DNA of 64,000 nt. Origin: an uncultured Clostridia bacterium. GTDB lineage: Bacteria; Bacillota; Clostridia; Christensenellales; CAG-917. The stretch lies in assembly GCA_944332815.1 (NCBI GenBank), contig CALVKQ010000003.1, positions 2,082 through 66,081 on the forward strand, in the 5' to 3' direction. Each line of letters begins with the position of its first letter. Within the stretch, counting starts at the first letter, position 1. Under the pieces are notes generated by a model. It saw only the letters and a list, made by a program, of their open reading frames with translations, was not told where the DNA came from and made no database searches. Shown here piece by piece: positions 18,391 to 29,252 of this stretch. The translations under genes were made by a program, and so were the position numbers.

Positions 18391-19523
18391 TATATCTTGA
18401 CAACGCGGCAACGACAAGGATGTATGACGACGCTCTGGACGTCCTGATGCAGGCGAACCGCACCCGTTGGTTCAACGCGTCCGCGTTGTACGGCGAAGCG
18501 TCCGAAGAGAGCGTGCGCATAAAGCAGGCGAGAGAGGTCATATCTTCGGCGGTGCGCGCAGGCGACGGGGAACTTTACTTCCTCTCCGGCGGCACGGAGG
18601 CGGACAATACCGCTTTGTTTTGCGCAAGAAAGGCGCGCGGCAGTCGCATCATCGTGGGAGAAGGGGAGCACGACGCCGTGATAAACCCTGCCAAAGCGCT
18701 TAAAGAGCAGGGTTTTGACGTGGTGTTCGCCCCCATACGTCCGGACGGCGGCGTGGACGAGGAAAAGTTCCGCGCGCTGCTTACCCCCGAGGTGTCGCTG
18801 GTGTCCGTCATGCACGTCAGCAACGAAACGGGGGCGGTGAACGATATCAAAAAACTGGTCGCAATGACCAAAAAAGTCGCGCCGAAAGCGCTCTTCCACA
18901 GCGACGGGGTGCAGGCGTTCGGCAAAATACGCGTAAATCTGCGCGACCTCGGCGCAGATCTTTACACCCTCTCTGCGCACAAGATACACGGACCCAAAGG
19001 GATAGGCGCGCTGTACGTGGCAAAAGGCGCGTCCGTAAAACCGTTGGTGTACGGCGGAGGGCAGGAAAAAGGTTTTCGCTCTGGCACGGAAAACGGACCG
19101 GGGATAGAGGCGTTCGCGGCTGCGGCAGAGCGGTCTATGCGAGAACTCGAGGCAAACTATTCTAAAAAACGCGCTTATTTAGAAATGTTGCGTGAGGGGT
19201 TGGAGAGTTCCGACGTGGATGTCAAGGTGATAACGGACACGGAACATTCCGCGCCGCACATACTGACGGTGGCGTTCGGGGGCGTGCGCGGCGAAGTTTT
19301 GCTGCATTCCCTGGAAAAGAGAGGGATACTGGTGGGCGTGGGTTCCGCCTGTTCCTCCCACAGAGAGAGCAGGTTCAAATCCCTTTTGGGGTTGGACGAA
19401 GCGCACCGCGACGGGATAGTCAGGTTCAGCGTGTCGCAGTTCAATGAGGCGGAGGAAGTGCCCGAAGTGGTCGCCGCCATCTCGGAAGAAGTGGCAAGAT
19501 TGCGCGAATATGCGAGAAAATAG
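18387..19523 (+). CDS. Cysteine desulfurase (IscS/NifZ type, partner of ThiI)
   Basis: MIYLDNAATT, SGGTEADN, SAHKIHGPKG, GSACSS. Confidence 0.95.
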   Translation: MIYLDNAATTRMYDDALDVLMQANRTRWFNASALYGEASEESVRIKQAREVISSAVRAGDGELYFLSGGTEADNTALFCARKARGSRIIVGEGEHDAVINPAKALKEQGFDVVFAPIRPDGGVDEEKFRALLTPEVSLVSVMHVSNETGAVNDIKKLVAMTKKVAPKALFHSDGVQAFGKIRVNLRDLGADLYTLSAHKIHGPKGIGALYVAKGASVKPLVYGGGQEKGFRSGTENGPGIEAFAAAAERSMRELEANYSKKRAYLEMLREGLESSDVDVKVITDTEHSAPHILTVAFGGVRGEVLLHSLEKRGILVGVGSACSSHRESRFKSLLGLDEAHRDGIVRFSVSQFNEAEEVPEVVAAISEEVARLREYARK

Positions 19524-19654
19524 TGTTCGGCTCGCGTTTGCGGCAGGATAACCGACCGGGGCGGAAAGGCATTTTAACGGCGTTTTCTCCCTGAAACAAG
19601 AAACACACAACAAAGAAATACACAAAAACGGCGTTTTGCGCCCTACGGAAGGTC

Positions 19655-20833
19655 ATGGAAAAAGTCGTAGTCATCAGGTTCGGGGAGCTTTTCCTCAAAG
19701 GAAAGAACAGGGATTATTTCGAGTCCCTGCTCATACGCAACATCAAAAGCGCGCTGCGCGGTGTCCAGTTCACGTTTGAGAGGTCGCAGGGCAGATATTT
19801 CGTGGAAAAATTTGCGGAAGACGACCTCGGGGAAGTGATCGAGCGTTTGAAAAAGGTGTTCGGCATCCATTCTCTCTCCGTGGCGGATAAAGTCGCGGTG
19901 AGGTGGGAAGAGGATTTTCCCGAGATAAGGGCAAGGCTCGCCGCCGCCGCGCGGAAGATAGCGGAAAGCGCGGACGGGAAGATACCTTTCCGTGTGACGG
20001 TGAAGCGCGCGGACAAGCGCATCCCCATGACTTCGGCGCAGATAGCGGCGGCGCTCGGAGGCACGGTGCTTTCCCTCGGCGCGTTCAAAGTTGATCTGAC
20101 GGGCTATGACTGCGACTTCAAAGTGGACATCAGAGAAAACGGAGTCGCGCTGGTCTACACGGACGTCATCCCGGGTGCGGGCGGACTTCCCGTCGGCTGT
20201 TCGGGGAGAGGTATGCTGCTGCTGTCGGGTGGGATAGATTCCCCAGTGGCGGCTTACATGATGGCGAAACGCGGCATGAAAATTTTCGCCGTTCACTTCG
20301 CGTCCCCTCCATATACTTCCGACAAAGCGCGTGAAAAGGTGGTGGAACTGCGCGATCTCGTTTCGCGTTACGCAGGCGATATCAGGCTGTTCGTCGTGCC
20401 GTTCACGGATATCCAGCTTGCGATACACAAGCATTGCCCGGCAAATTACATGATTACGATAATGCGCAGGTTCATGATGAGGATAGCCTGTCTGCTCGCG
20501 GACGCGCACGACTGCGGCGCGCTGATAACGGGCGAGAGCCTGGGGCAGGTGGCTTCCCAGACGGTAGAGAGCATGACCTGCACGGGCGACACCGCGAGCC
20601 TTCCCGTGTTCCGTCCCCTCATAGGCATGGATAAGGAGGAGATAATGGACATCGCCAAGAAGATAGGCACTTACGAAACATCCATACAGCCTTACGAGGA
20701 CTGCTGCACGGTGTTTTTGCCGAAATCTCCCGTCATACACCCCTCTTTGGAGGCAGTGAGGAAGGCGGAAAGCGCGCTGGCGGTGGACGAACTGGTCCGA
20801 GCGGCGCTTGCCGCGGCAGAGGAGTGCCGATAA
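19655..20833 (+). CDS. thiI: tRNA 4-thiouridine synthase
   Basis: GELFLKGKNR, THUMP domain, LLSGGIDSPVA, GESLGQVASQT, PYEDCC. Confidence 0.97.
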   Translation: MEKVVVIRFGELFLKGKNRDYFESLLIRNIKSALRGVQFTFERSQGRYFVEKFAEDDLGEVIERLKKVFGIHSLSVADKVAVRWEEDFPEIRARLAAAARKIAESADGKIPFRVTVKRADKRIPMTSAQIAAALGGTVLSLGAFKVDLTGYDCDFKVDIRENGVALVYTDVIPGAGGLPVGCSGRGMLLLSGGIDSPVAAYMMAKRGMKIFAVHFASPPYTSDKAREKVVELRDLVSRYAGDIRLFVVPFTDIQLAIHKHCPANYMITIMRRFMMRIACLLADAHDCGALITGESLGQVASQTVESMTCTGDTASLPVFRPLIGMDKEEIMDIAKKIGTYETSIQPYEDCCTVFLPKSPVIHPSLEAVRKAESALAVDELVRAALAAAEECR

Positions 20834-23223
20834 GGGAAGCAGTCCGCACTCACGGAGCCTATCACGGCGTCATCGCCGCCCGATATGCTAAGTTTCAAGG
20901 TGTAAGTCACCTTTCCTCCGAAAGAAAACGGCGTGTGCCCGAGCGTGACCTTGACGTCAGGATAGCGGCATTCGCCTTTTATCTTTTCCGTGCCCAGCAG
21001 GGTCAGCCCCGAAGAGGCTCCCGGGAAGGCGGAAAAGGATCTTTGAGGGAGATCGAGGGACATCTTTTCCGCGGAGAAGCTGCCCAGCACGCGTTCGCCG
21101 AGCGCGTCGCGGCACAGCACCGTGTAAACGAAAGGTCCTTGCGCGGTGAAAGTCAGTTGCGTCCCCCCGTCGCTCGCTGCGCGCACCGTAAGATCGGTCG
21201 TGGGGCTAATAAAAGCCGAGCCGCGCTCATCCGGCAGATACCTTGTTAAAAACAGTTCCGTCCGCGTGTATTTTTGGGGCGTAGACGGAGTCGCCAGCGT
21301 AGGACGCCTGTTGCGGAAGGTGGAGTAATCGTCTATGACACAGCGTTCCACGCCGCGTGGGAGAAGGAAATTTCCCGGTTTTTTATCCCCGTATATCCTC
21401 CGCCAGATGTTGGCGGCATGACGCGTCGGATGACCGCCGCCGAGTTCCGTCATCTTGTCCCCTCCGTGCCACACCGCAAGCGTATGTTCGGTGGTATAAC
21501 TCACGCTCCAGGCGTCGGTGTTGTGGTCTGCGTCCTTTTGCACCGTGCCCGTTTTGCCTGCCAGGGGGAAAGGGAGAGAGGAGAGGGCCCGCGCCGTTCC
21601 GTCTTTTACGGTATCGAGCAGTATGTCCGTGGTCACCGCTGCGGTTTCCGGGGAGAAAACGCGTTTTTCGGAAAGTTCCGCCGACCACACTTTCACGCCG
21701 TCTTTGACCACCGCGCGCACGAAATGCGGACGGATATATCCGCCGCCGCGCGCGAGAGATGCGTACGCGCCTGCCAGGGTCACGGTATCGAGTCCTTTTG
21801 CGGTGGAGCCCAGAGCGAGCGCGAGATTGGCGTCGGAGGAGGAGAGAGGGAGTCCCAGCCGTATGCCGTAGTCCACGGCGCGCTCCGCCCCGAGGTAGGA
21901 AAGCGCTTTCACCGCCGCAGTGTTCATAGACTTTTTGAGGGCTTCGCGCGGAGTGGTGTCGCCGTAATATACGCCGCCGAAGTTTTCGGGCGAGTAGCCG
22001 GAAAAATCCGTCTTTTCGTCCTTTAACGGAGTAGCGGCGGTAAGCGTGCCCGTGTCGAACGCAGGGGCATACACGACGAGGGGTTTCAAAACAGAGCCTG
22101 CCTGCCGCGATATTACGTAGCCGGTGGTGCAGTGATACGCCGTCACTTCTCCCGTCACGTTGTCGATGAGCGCGGCGGCGCCGTCCACGCCGTTTGCGGA
22201 ATAATTGCCGCGCTCCGCGGTTTCCTCCGTCAGCGCTTTTTGGTGCTCGGGGTCGTAGGCGGTCATTACGGTAAGCCCCGAGTTTTGCAGGCGGTACTCC
22301 GTCATCCCGAGCAGCTTGCAGACTTCGTCCACCGCCGCCGCGACGTACTGCGCCGCGCGGTCGTCATGCGTTTCGGACTCTTCCGCAAGCCGCATTTTTT
22401 CCTTTTTGGCGGCGTCGCGTTCCTCTTCGGTCAGGTAACCCTCGCGGCACATGACGTCCAGCACCAGATTGCGCCTTTCCGTCGCGCGTTTTATGCTGTT
22501 TTTGGGGGAGTAGCGCGCCGGGTTTTTGAGTATGCCGGCAAGCGTCGCCGCCTGCGCCGCGGTGAGGCGGTCGGGCGAACAGCCGAAATATACGCGGCTG
22601 GCTTGGTTGATGCCGTACGCGCCCGCGCCGAAATATATGACGGAGAGATACATAGCAAGTATCTCGTCCTTCGAGTAGTTTTCCTCTATCTTCATGGCGA
22701 TGGCTATCTCGTTCAGCTTTCTTTTGAGCGTACGTTCGGAACTCAGATGAGTGTTTTTGACCAACTGCTGCGTGATAGTGGAGGCGCCTTCCACCATGCC
22801 GCCCGAGGTCACGTTGCGAACGAGCGCGCGGAGCATCGCTTTGACGTCATAGCCTTTATGGGAGTAAAATCTCCTGTCTTCCAGCGCGACGAAAGCGCCC
22901 TTGACCACCTCGGGGATGTCGCTCGGGGCGATGTAGTCGTCTGCGGCATACTCCATCTCGTTGCCGTACCTGTCCAAAATGGTGGGCATAGCCGTGGCGG
23001 TGGGGAGGAGCGCCGCGTCGAATTCCGCGTCCTTAGCCCACTCCGTGAACCAGATGTAACCTCCGAGGGCGGTAAGCCCAGTGAGCAAGAGCAAAACGGC
23101 GATGGTCACCGCCGTTCCTTTCAATATCTTTTTCCCGAGGCTTTTCCCCGTTTTTTGTTCGGTTTTTCCCCGACCGCCGCCCGACGGGGAGGTCGGAGAG
23201 CACTCACGCATTCTTTTTTTCAT
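20692..23223 (-). CDS. Class A penicillin-binding protein (transglycosylase-transpeptidase)
   Basis: EDRRFYSH, GASTITQQLVKN, RK..E; SVLK, SMN and KTG motifs; N-terminal TM. Start uncertain. Confidence 0.92.
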   Translation of the reverse strand: MKKRMRECSPTSPSGGGRGKTEQKTGKSLGKKILKGTAVTIAVLLLLTGLTALGGYIWFTEWAKDAEFDAALLPTATAMPTILDRYGNEMEYAADDYIAPSDIPEVVKGAFVALEDRRFYSHKGYDVKAMLRALVRNVTSGGMVEGASTITQQLVKNTHLSSERTLKRKLNEIAIAMKIEENYSKDEILAMYLSVIYFGAGAYGINQASRVYFGCSPDRLTAAQAATLAGILKNPARYSPKNSIKRATERRNLVLDVMCREGYLTEEERDAAKKEKMRLAEESETHDDRAAQYVAAAVDEVCKLLGMTEYRLQNSGLTVMTAYDPEHQKALTEETAERGNYSANGVDGAAALIDNVTGEVTAYHCTTGYVISRQAGSVLKPLVVYAPAFDTGTLTAATPLKDEKTDFSGYSPENFGGVYYGDTTPREALKKSMNTAAVKALSYLGAERAVDYGIRLGLPLSSSDANLALALGSTAKGLDTVTLAGAYASLARGGGYIRPHFVRAVVKDGVKVWSAELSEKRVFSPETAAVTTDILLDTVKDGTARALSSLPFPLAGKTGTVQKDADHNTDAWSVSYTTEHTLAVWHGGDKMTELGGGHPTRHAANIWRRIYGDKKPGNFLLPRGVERCVIDDYSTFRNRRPTLATPSTPQKYTRTELFLTRYLPDERGSAFISPTTDLTVRAASDGGTQLTFTAQGPFVYTVLCRDALGERVLGSFSAEKMSLDLPQRSFSAFPGASSGLTLLGTEKIKGECRYPDVKVTLGHTPFSFGGKVTYTLKLSISGGDDAVIGSVSADCFPYRHSSAAASAARTSSSTASALSAFLTASKEGCMTGDFGKNTVQQSS

Positions 23224-23312
23224 CGCGATTATTATTGTTTTTTCGCGCTTTTTTATGTATAATGACTTAATCACCGTGATATGCGCGCACTCGCGCGTGC
23301 GAAAAGGACAGA

Positions 23313-24665
23313 ATGCGGTATAGGATAGTCACCTACGGTTGCCAGATGAACGTCCACGAGTCGGAGAAACTCGCAGGAGAATTGGAGAGCATGGGCATGA
23401 CCGCGTGTAAGGATGAAACCGAGCGCGCGGATGTCATCGTGTTCAACACCTGCTGCATACGCGATAATGCGGAACGGCGCGCATTGGGCAATATAGGCGT
23501 GGTGAAAGCGGAAAAGAAAAGAGATCCCGACCTCATCATCGCGGTGTGCGGATGCATGACGCAGCAGGAGGGCATGGCGGAGGTCATAAAGGAGAGATAT
23601 CCGTATGTGGATATCGTCCTCGGCACGCGCAACATCTTCAAGCTGCCCGAGGAGATAGAGAAGGTGCGCGCCGCCCGTGCGCGCATAAAAAAGCGCTCGG
23701 ACAAGCGTTACCGCGCATTCGATACGGCGTATCCCGAAGACTATCTCGCCGCCGACGAGAATGCTCCCGTCGCGCGCACCAGCTATCCGAACGCGTGGGT
23801 GAACATCATTTACGGGTGCAACAACTTCTGCACGTATTGCATAGTGCCGTACGTCAGAGGCAGGGAGCTTTCGCGCCCCATGTCCGCGGTGGTGGACGAG
23901 GTGCGCAGAGCCGTGGACGAGGGTTACGGCGAGATAACCCTGCTCGGGCAAAACGTCAACTCTTACGGGCACGACCTGACGGGAGGGGAGAGCTTTGAGA
24001 AACTGCTGCGCGAGGTGGACCGCATAGAGGGCAAATTCCGCGTGCGCTTCATGACCTCGCATCCCAAGGATCTGACGGACGGGGTCATCGCCGCCATGGC
24101 GGAGTCGGACAAGATATGCTCCAACATCCATCTGCCCGTCCAATCGGGCTCGGACAAGGTGCTGAAAGACATGAACCGCCGTTACACGCGCGACAGATAC
24201 TTCTCCCTCATCCGGAAACTGCGCGAAGCGATGCCCGACATCGGCATAACCACCGATGTCATGGTGGGGTTTCCTACGGAGAGCGAAGAGGACTTTGCCG
24301 ACACCATGGATCTGGTGCGCAGAGTGCGTTTTTCCAACGCGTTCACGTTCATATATTCGCCGCGCAAAGGCACTCCTGCCGCCGCAATGCCGCAGATACC
24401 TTATGCGGTAAAACGCGAGCGCATAGGCGAGCTCATAAAATTGCAGAACTCCGTCACCAAGGAACTTTCCGAAGACTATGTAGGAGGGGTGTTCGAGGTG
24501 CTGGCGGAGGACGTTTCCCCTAAACACGAGGGGATGCTGTGCGGCAGGACGGAGAGCGGCAGGCTCGCCACCTTCCCGGGAGAGGCTTCCCGTGTGGGGG
24601 AATTCATCAAAGTGCGCGTGACGGAGGCGCGTTCGGCGTCGCTGTTCGGCGTGGCGGAGGACTGA
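23313..24665 (+). CDS. miaB: tRNA-2-methylthio-N6-dimethylallyladenosine synthase
   Basis: TYGCQMNVHESE, CNNFCTYC, TRAM domain. Confidence 0.97.
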   Translation: MRYRIVTYGCQMNVHESEKLAGELESMGMTACKDETERADVIVFNTCCIRDNAERRALGNIGVVKAEKKRDPDLIIAVCGCMTQQEGMAEVIKERYPYVDIVLGTRNIFKLPEEIEKVRAARARIKKRSDKRYRAFDTAYPEDYLAADENAPVARTSYPNAWVNIIYGCNNFCTYCIVPYVRGRELSRPMSAVVDEVRRAVDEGYGEITLLGQNVNSYGHDLTGGESFEKLLREVDRIEGKFRVRFMTSHPKDLTDGVIAAMAESDKICSNIHLPVQSGSDKVLKDMNRRYTRDRYFSLIRKLREAMPDIGITTDVMVGFPTESEEDFADTMDLVRRVRFSNAFTFIYSPRKGTPAAAMPQIPYAVKRERIGELIKLQNSVTKELSEDYVGGVFEVLAEDVSPKHEGMLCGRTESGRLATFPGEASRVGEFIKVRVTEARSASLFGVAED

Positions 24666-24666
24666 T

Positions 24667-27300
24667 ATGGAAGTGGATGTGAGCAAACTTTCTCCCATGA
24701 TGCAGAGGTATTTCGAGATAAAGGCAAATTATCCCGATTGTCTGCTTTTCTTCCGTCTTGGGGACTTTTACGAGATGTTTTTCGATGACGCAGAAACGGC
24801 GTCGCGAGTGCTGGATCTGACGTTGACGGGGCGCGAATGCGGACTCAAAGACAGGCGCGCGCCCATGTGCGGAGTGCCTCATCACGCCGTGGATAACTAC
24901 ATCCGCAAGCTCATCGACGCCGGCTACCGCGTGGCTATATGCGAGCAGCTCACCGACCCTGCCACCTCCAAAGGGATGTTGGAGCGCGACGTGGTGCGCG
25001 TCGTCACTCCCGGCACCGTGATGGAGGAGGAAATACTGGACGAGAAAGAAACCAATTATCTCGCTTCCGTCTGCGTGTCCGGGGAAGCGTTCGGGTTGGC
25101 GTGGTCGGACATCAGCACGGGGGAATTCTGTTTTTACGAGTACGGCGGCGAGGATTGGAGGGTCAGGCTGTCCGATCTGCTGTCTTCCGTGAAACCCTCC
25201 GAAGTGGTGTGCGACGAAAGATTCGAGTCGCTTTGGAGGAGCGTGCCGTATTTCTCGTCCACCGACGTGAAACCGCATTGCTATCACGATTTCGCTTACC
25301 GTCCCGGGACTGCGGAAAAGAAGCTCAGAGAGGCTTTCGGCGTGGTGTCGATCGCCGTCTTCGAGTGCGAGGATAAAAAACTTGCCGTGTCCGCCGCAGG
25401 CGGTATGCTGGAATATCTCGCGCAGACGCAAAAGCGTGCGCTCGCGCAGCTCTCCGCGCCAGTATATCTTCACGACGATTCCTTCATGATGCTGGACGCT
25501 TACACTCGCCGCAATCTCGAGATCACGGCGCGTGCGCGCGACGGCAAAAAGACGGGCTCTTTGCTCGGCGTCCTGGACAAAACGAGGACGGCGATGGGCG
25601 CAAGACTTCTGCGTGCGTGGCTGGAAAGGCCGCTGCGCGACGAAAAGGCTATAAACGCAAGGCTGAACGCGGTGGAAGCGTTCGTCGAGGTCAAAGGCGC
25701 GAGGGAAAGAGCGGCGGAACTGCTTTCCGGCGTGCGCGACCTGGAAAGACTGGCGGCAAGGATCGCGTACGGCAGCGCTGTGCCGGGGACGCTCATTTCG
25801 GTGTCCGACACCTTAAACGTGCTGCCCGACCTCAAAAAGACGCTCGCGGAGGTCAAAGAACCCCTCGTTAAGAAGGTGACGGCAGAGATATCTCTGCTTC
25901 CCGATCTTGCGGCGGTGTTAAATTCCGCACTGGAACGCGGCGTGGGGAAGCAGGATAAGGAGTCGGGCAGCCGCATCATCGCGAGCGGTTACGACGACAG
26001 GCTGGACGCGCTGCGCGACATCAGATCCACCGCGCAGGGCTGGATATCCAATCTGGAAACGCGCGAACGCGAAGCCACGGGCATCCGCACCCTGAAAGTG
26101 AAGTATAACCGCGTGTTCGGCTATTACATCGAAGTGTCCAACTCCTTTTTGGACAAGGTGCCGTACCGCTATCAGCGCAAGCAGACGCTTGTGGGCGGCG
26201 AAAGGTTCATCACGGACGAACTGAAAGAACTGGAAACGCGCATCCTCACCGCGCACGAAGAGGCGACCGCGCTGGAAAACCGCCTTTTCGACGAACTCAA
26301 AGCCATGGCGTTCAAAGAGCTTGCCGCGCTTCAGAAGACGGCGAGAGCCATAGCCGCGCTGGATGTGTTGATCTCCTTTGCCGCAGTCGCGGTGAAAGAG
26401 GATTACGTCAAGCCCGTCATCGGGAAAAAGGTCAAAGCCATAGACATTAAGGAGGGCAGACATCCCGTGGTGGAAACCATCCTCGAACACGGGGCGTATG
26501 TGCCCAACGACACCCTTCTGGACGGCGGCGACAACCGCACCATCATCCTGACCGGTCCTAACATGGCAGGCAAGAGCACTTATATGCGGCAGGTCGCGCT
26601 CATCACGCTCATGGCGCATATCGGTTCCTTCGTGCCGGCGAAGAGCGCGGAGATAACCTTGACGGACAGGATATTCACCAGGATAGGCGCCAGCGACGAC
26701 CTCACGGGAGGGCAGTCCACGTTCATGGTGGAGATGATAGAAGTCGCCACCATACTCAATTACGCGACCTCTTCCTCCCTCCTCATCCTGGACGAGATAG
26801 GGCGCGGCACATCCACTTACGACGGGCTCAGCATCGCGTGGGCGGTGCTGGAATACATCACGTCCGAGATCCGCGCGAAGACGCTTTTCGCCACTCATTT
26901 CCACGAGCTCACGGACGCGGAAAGTTTCGGAGGAGTCAAAAACTACCGCGTGCTGGTCAGCGAAACGAAGGATAGGATAGTTTTTCTGCATAAGATCGCA
27001 AGGGGCAGCGCCTCTCGCAGTTTCGGCGTGGAAGTCGCTTCGCTCGCAGGCGTCAAAAAGAGCGTCATAGAGCGCGCGCGCAGGATAATGCAGGAGCTGG
27101 AAAGGCGCGCCGCCGACCGCGATTCCAACAGCATTTTGCTCGCCTCCGGCGCAGACAGCCGCGCCGTGAAGCAGACCAGCCTTTTCGACCGCGAAGAGTC
27201 GGAAGTCGAAAAGGAACTTAGAGAGATAGACGTGGAAAATCTTACCCCGTTGCAGGCGCTCACCGTCCTCAACGACCTGAAAAAGAAATCGGAAGGCTGA
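24667..27300 (+). CDS. mutS: DNA mismatch repair protein MutS
   Basis: FRLGDFYEMF, TGPNMAGKSTYMRQ, GQSTFMVEM, DEIGRGTST. Confidence 0.98.
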   Translation: MEVDVSKLSPMMQRYFEIKANYPDCLLFFRLGDFYEMFFDDAETASRVLDLTLTGRECGLKDRRAPMCGVPHHAVDNYIRKLIDAGYRVAICEQLTDPATSKGMLERDVVRVVTPGTVMEEEILDEKETNYLASVCVSGEAFGLAWSDISTGEFCFYEYGGEDWRVRLSDLLSSVKPSEVVCDERFESLWRSVPYFSSTDVKPHCYHDFAYRPGTAEKKLREAFGVVSIAVFECEDKKLAVSAAGGMLEYLAQTQKRALAQLSAPVYLHDDSFMMLDAYTRRNLEITARARDGKKTGSLLGVLDKTRTAMGARLLRAWLERPLRDEKAINARLNAVEAFVEVKGARERAAELLSGVRDLERLAARIAYGSAVPGTLISVSDTLNVLPDLKKTLAEVKEPLVKKVTAEISLLPDLAAVLNSALERGVGKQDKESGSRIIASGYDDRLDALRDIRSTAQGWISNLETREREATGIRTLKVKYNRVFGYYIEVSNSFLDKVPYRYQRKQTLVGGERFITDELKELETRILTAHEEATALENRLFDELKAMAFKELAALQKTARAIAALDVLISFAAVAVKEDYVKPVIGKKVKAIDIKEGRHPVVETILEHGAYVPNDTLLDGGDNRTIILTGPNMAGKSTYMRQVALITLMAHIGSFVPAKSAEITLTDRIFTRIGASDDLTGGQSTFMVEMIEVATILNYATSSSLLILDEIGRGTSTYDGLSIAWAVLEYITSEIRAKTLFATHFHELTDAESFGGVKNYRVLVSETKDRIVFLHKIARGSASRSFGVEVASLAGVKKSVIERARRIMQELERRAADRDSNSILLASGADSRAVKQTSLFDREESEVEKELREIDVENLTPLQALTVLNDLKKKSEG

Positions 27301-27302
27301 TA

Positions 27303-29252
27303 ATGGGAAAGATAAACATACTTCAACCGAGCGTGTTCAACATGATCTCCGCAGGCGAGGTGGTGGAAAGACCTGCGTCCGTGGTCAAGGAACTTGTCGA
27401 GAACAGCATCGACGCTGGCGCGACCGAGATATCTGTCACCGTCGAGGAGGGAGGCATCAGGCGCATCGTAGTCAGCGACAACGGCACGGGCATACTGAAA
27501 GAGGATATGCGCGCGGCGTTTTTGCCTCACGCGACGAGCAAACTCGCGGAGATATCCGACCTGGACACCATCGCCACGCTGGGGTTCAGAGGGGAAGCTC
27601 TGGCAAGCATAGCCTCCGTGAGCGAAGTGACCATGGTGTCGCGAGCGGACGGCGCGGACTGCGCCGAAAGGTTGGTCCTTAAAGGCGGAAAAGTGATCGA
27701 CGAATGCGCGGACAGCCGCGCAAAAGGCACTTCCGTCACGGTGGAGAACCTCTTTTTCAACACGCCGGCGCGTCTGAAATTCCTCAAAAAACCTTCCGTT
27801 GAACAAGGGCACGTGGCGGACGCGGTGGAGAAGATCATTCTCGCGGAGCCCTCGCTCAAAATCTCTCTGCATTCCGAAAAAGGGACTTTGATAGAACATA
27901 ACGGCGGCGATCTGAAAGACGCTCTCGGCGCAGTCTATCCCGACCTCGACCTCGCGCGCTTTTTGGAGGTGGACAGGGTTTCGTCATCCGGCGTACGCGT
28001 GAAAGGGTACATCTCCGAGGTGGACTACACCGCGCCCACGCGCTCCCGTCAGACCGTCATCGTGAACGGACGCACGGTGGTGAATGACACCGTGACCGCA
28101 GCCGTCGACAAGGCGTACAGGGAGTATCTGGTCAAACGCACGTTCCCGATGTACGTGCTGGACATCGTGGTCCCGTTCGAGGAGGTGGACGTCAACGTCC
28201 ATCCTGCGAAGACGGAGGTGCGTTTCCGCAACAAAAATGCGGTTTTCGGGGCGGTATTCCGTGCGGTCGAAGACGCTGTCAACGCCTCTTTCGGGCAGGA
28301 AAAACACGGTTTTGACCGCATAGAGCCCGGCGATGCAGTCGAGCGCGAACGCTATGAACAGACCTCTATGGACACCGCGGAATTGTATTCTTGGCAGGGG
28401 TCGCCGTCGCCGTACGGAGATGTCAGCCCGACGGGTCCCTCCGAGGAAGAGCTTCCGCATCCCGTTTACGACGGGCGCGGATACGCGCCGGATATCTCGT
28501 CGCTGCGCAAGGCAGGCGGCGTGAGCGTACGTCCGCAATACCGCGGACGCTCGGTTGCCGACAGCGGCATATCGCCGTATGCGATGCCTTATTCGAACAC
28601 CGACGAAGCGTTTTTGAGGATAAGCAGCGAACCTGACGATACGGATTTAGCGAATAGTTTGAACAATAAATTCCGACTCTTCGACGGGACGGTTGTGGGA
28701 CAGGTCTTCGACACCTATCTCATCGTCGAGCGCGCGAACGTGGTCTACGTCATCGATCAGCACGCCGCGCACGAACGTATACTTTACGAGAAACTTTCCG
28801 CCTCGCTGTCTTCCGAATATTCCCAGCTCTTGCTCATACCGCATAAGCTGCGCCTTTCGGGGGAAGAAGGGGAATATTTCGAAAAGATAATGCCGTCCCT
28901 CAACGCCATGGGGTTCTCCATCGAGAAAAATCCCGGGAACTTTATGGTGTACGCCGTGCCTGCGCCCGTCGTCAGGATGGACTTCAACCGTTTTCTTGCG
29001 GAGCTGTTCTCCCATATGCTCGACGACGGCGAAGTTAAAATGACGGATCTGTTAAAAGACGTAATATGCCGCGACGCCTGCCGTGCCGCGATAAAGGGCG
29101 GCGAGCACCTTACCAAACGTCAGATCGAATACGTGCTCTCAAATCTGATAGACGAAAAAGGCGATCTGCCGCAAAAATGTCCTCACGGGCGCCCTGCGGT
29201 GGTCGCTCTGACCAAGCGCGACTTCGAAAAGATGTTCATGAGGATAGTATGA
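27303..29252 (+). CDS. mutL: DNA mismatch repair endonuclease MutL
   Basis: AGEVVERPASVVKELVENS, GFRGEAL, DQHAAHER, CPHGRP. Confidence 0.98.
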   Translation: MGKINILQPSVFNMISAGEVVERPASVVKELVENSIDAGATEISVTVEEGGIRRIVVSDNGTGILKEDMRAAFLPHATSKLAEISDLDTIATLGFRGEALASIASVSEVTMVSRADGADCAERLVLKGGKVIDECADSRAKGTSVTVENLFFNTPARLKFLKKPSVEQGHVADAVEKIILAEPSLKISLHSEKGTLIEHNGGDLKDALGAVYPDLDLARFLEVDRVSSSGVRVKGYISEVDYTAPTRSRQTVIVNGRTVVNDTVTAAVDKAYREYLVKRTFPMYVLDIVVPFEEVDVNVHPAKTEVRFRNKNAVFGAVFRAVEDAVNASFGQEKHGFDRIEPGDAVERERYEQTSMDTAELYSWQGSPSPYGDVSPTGPSEEELPHPVYDGRGYAPDISSLRKAGGVSVRPQYRGRSVADSGISPYAMPYSNTDEAFLRISSEPDDTDLANSLNNKFRLFDGTVVGQVFDTYLIVERANVVYVIDQHAAHERILYEKLSASLSSEYSQLLLIPHKLRLSGEEGEYFEKIMPSLNAMGFSIEKNPGNFMVYAVPAPVVRMDFNRFLAELFSHMLDDGEVKMTDLLKDVICRDACRAAIKGGEHLTKRQIEYVLSNLIDEKGDLPQKCPHGRPAVVALTKRDFEKMFMRIV

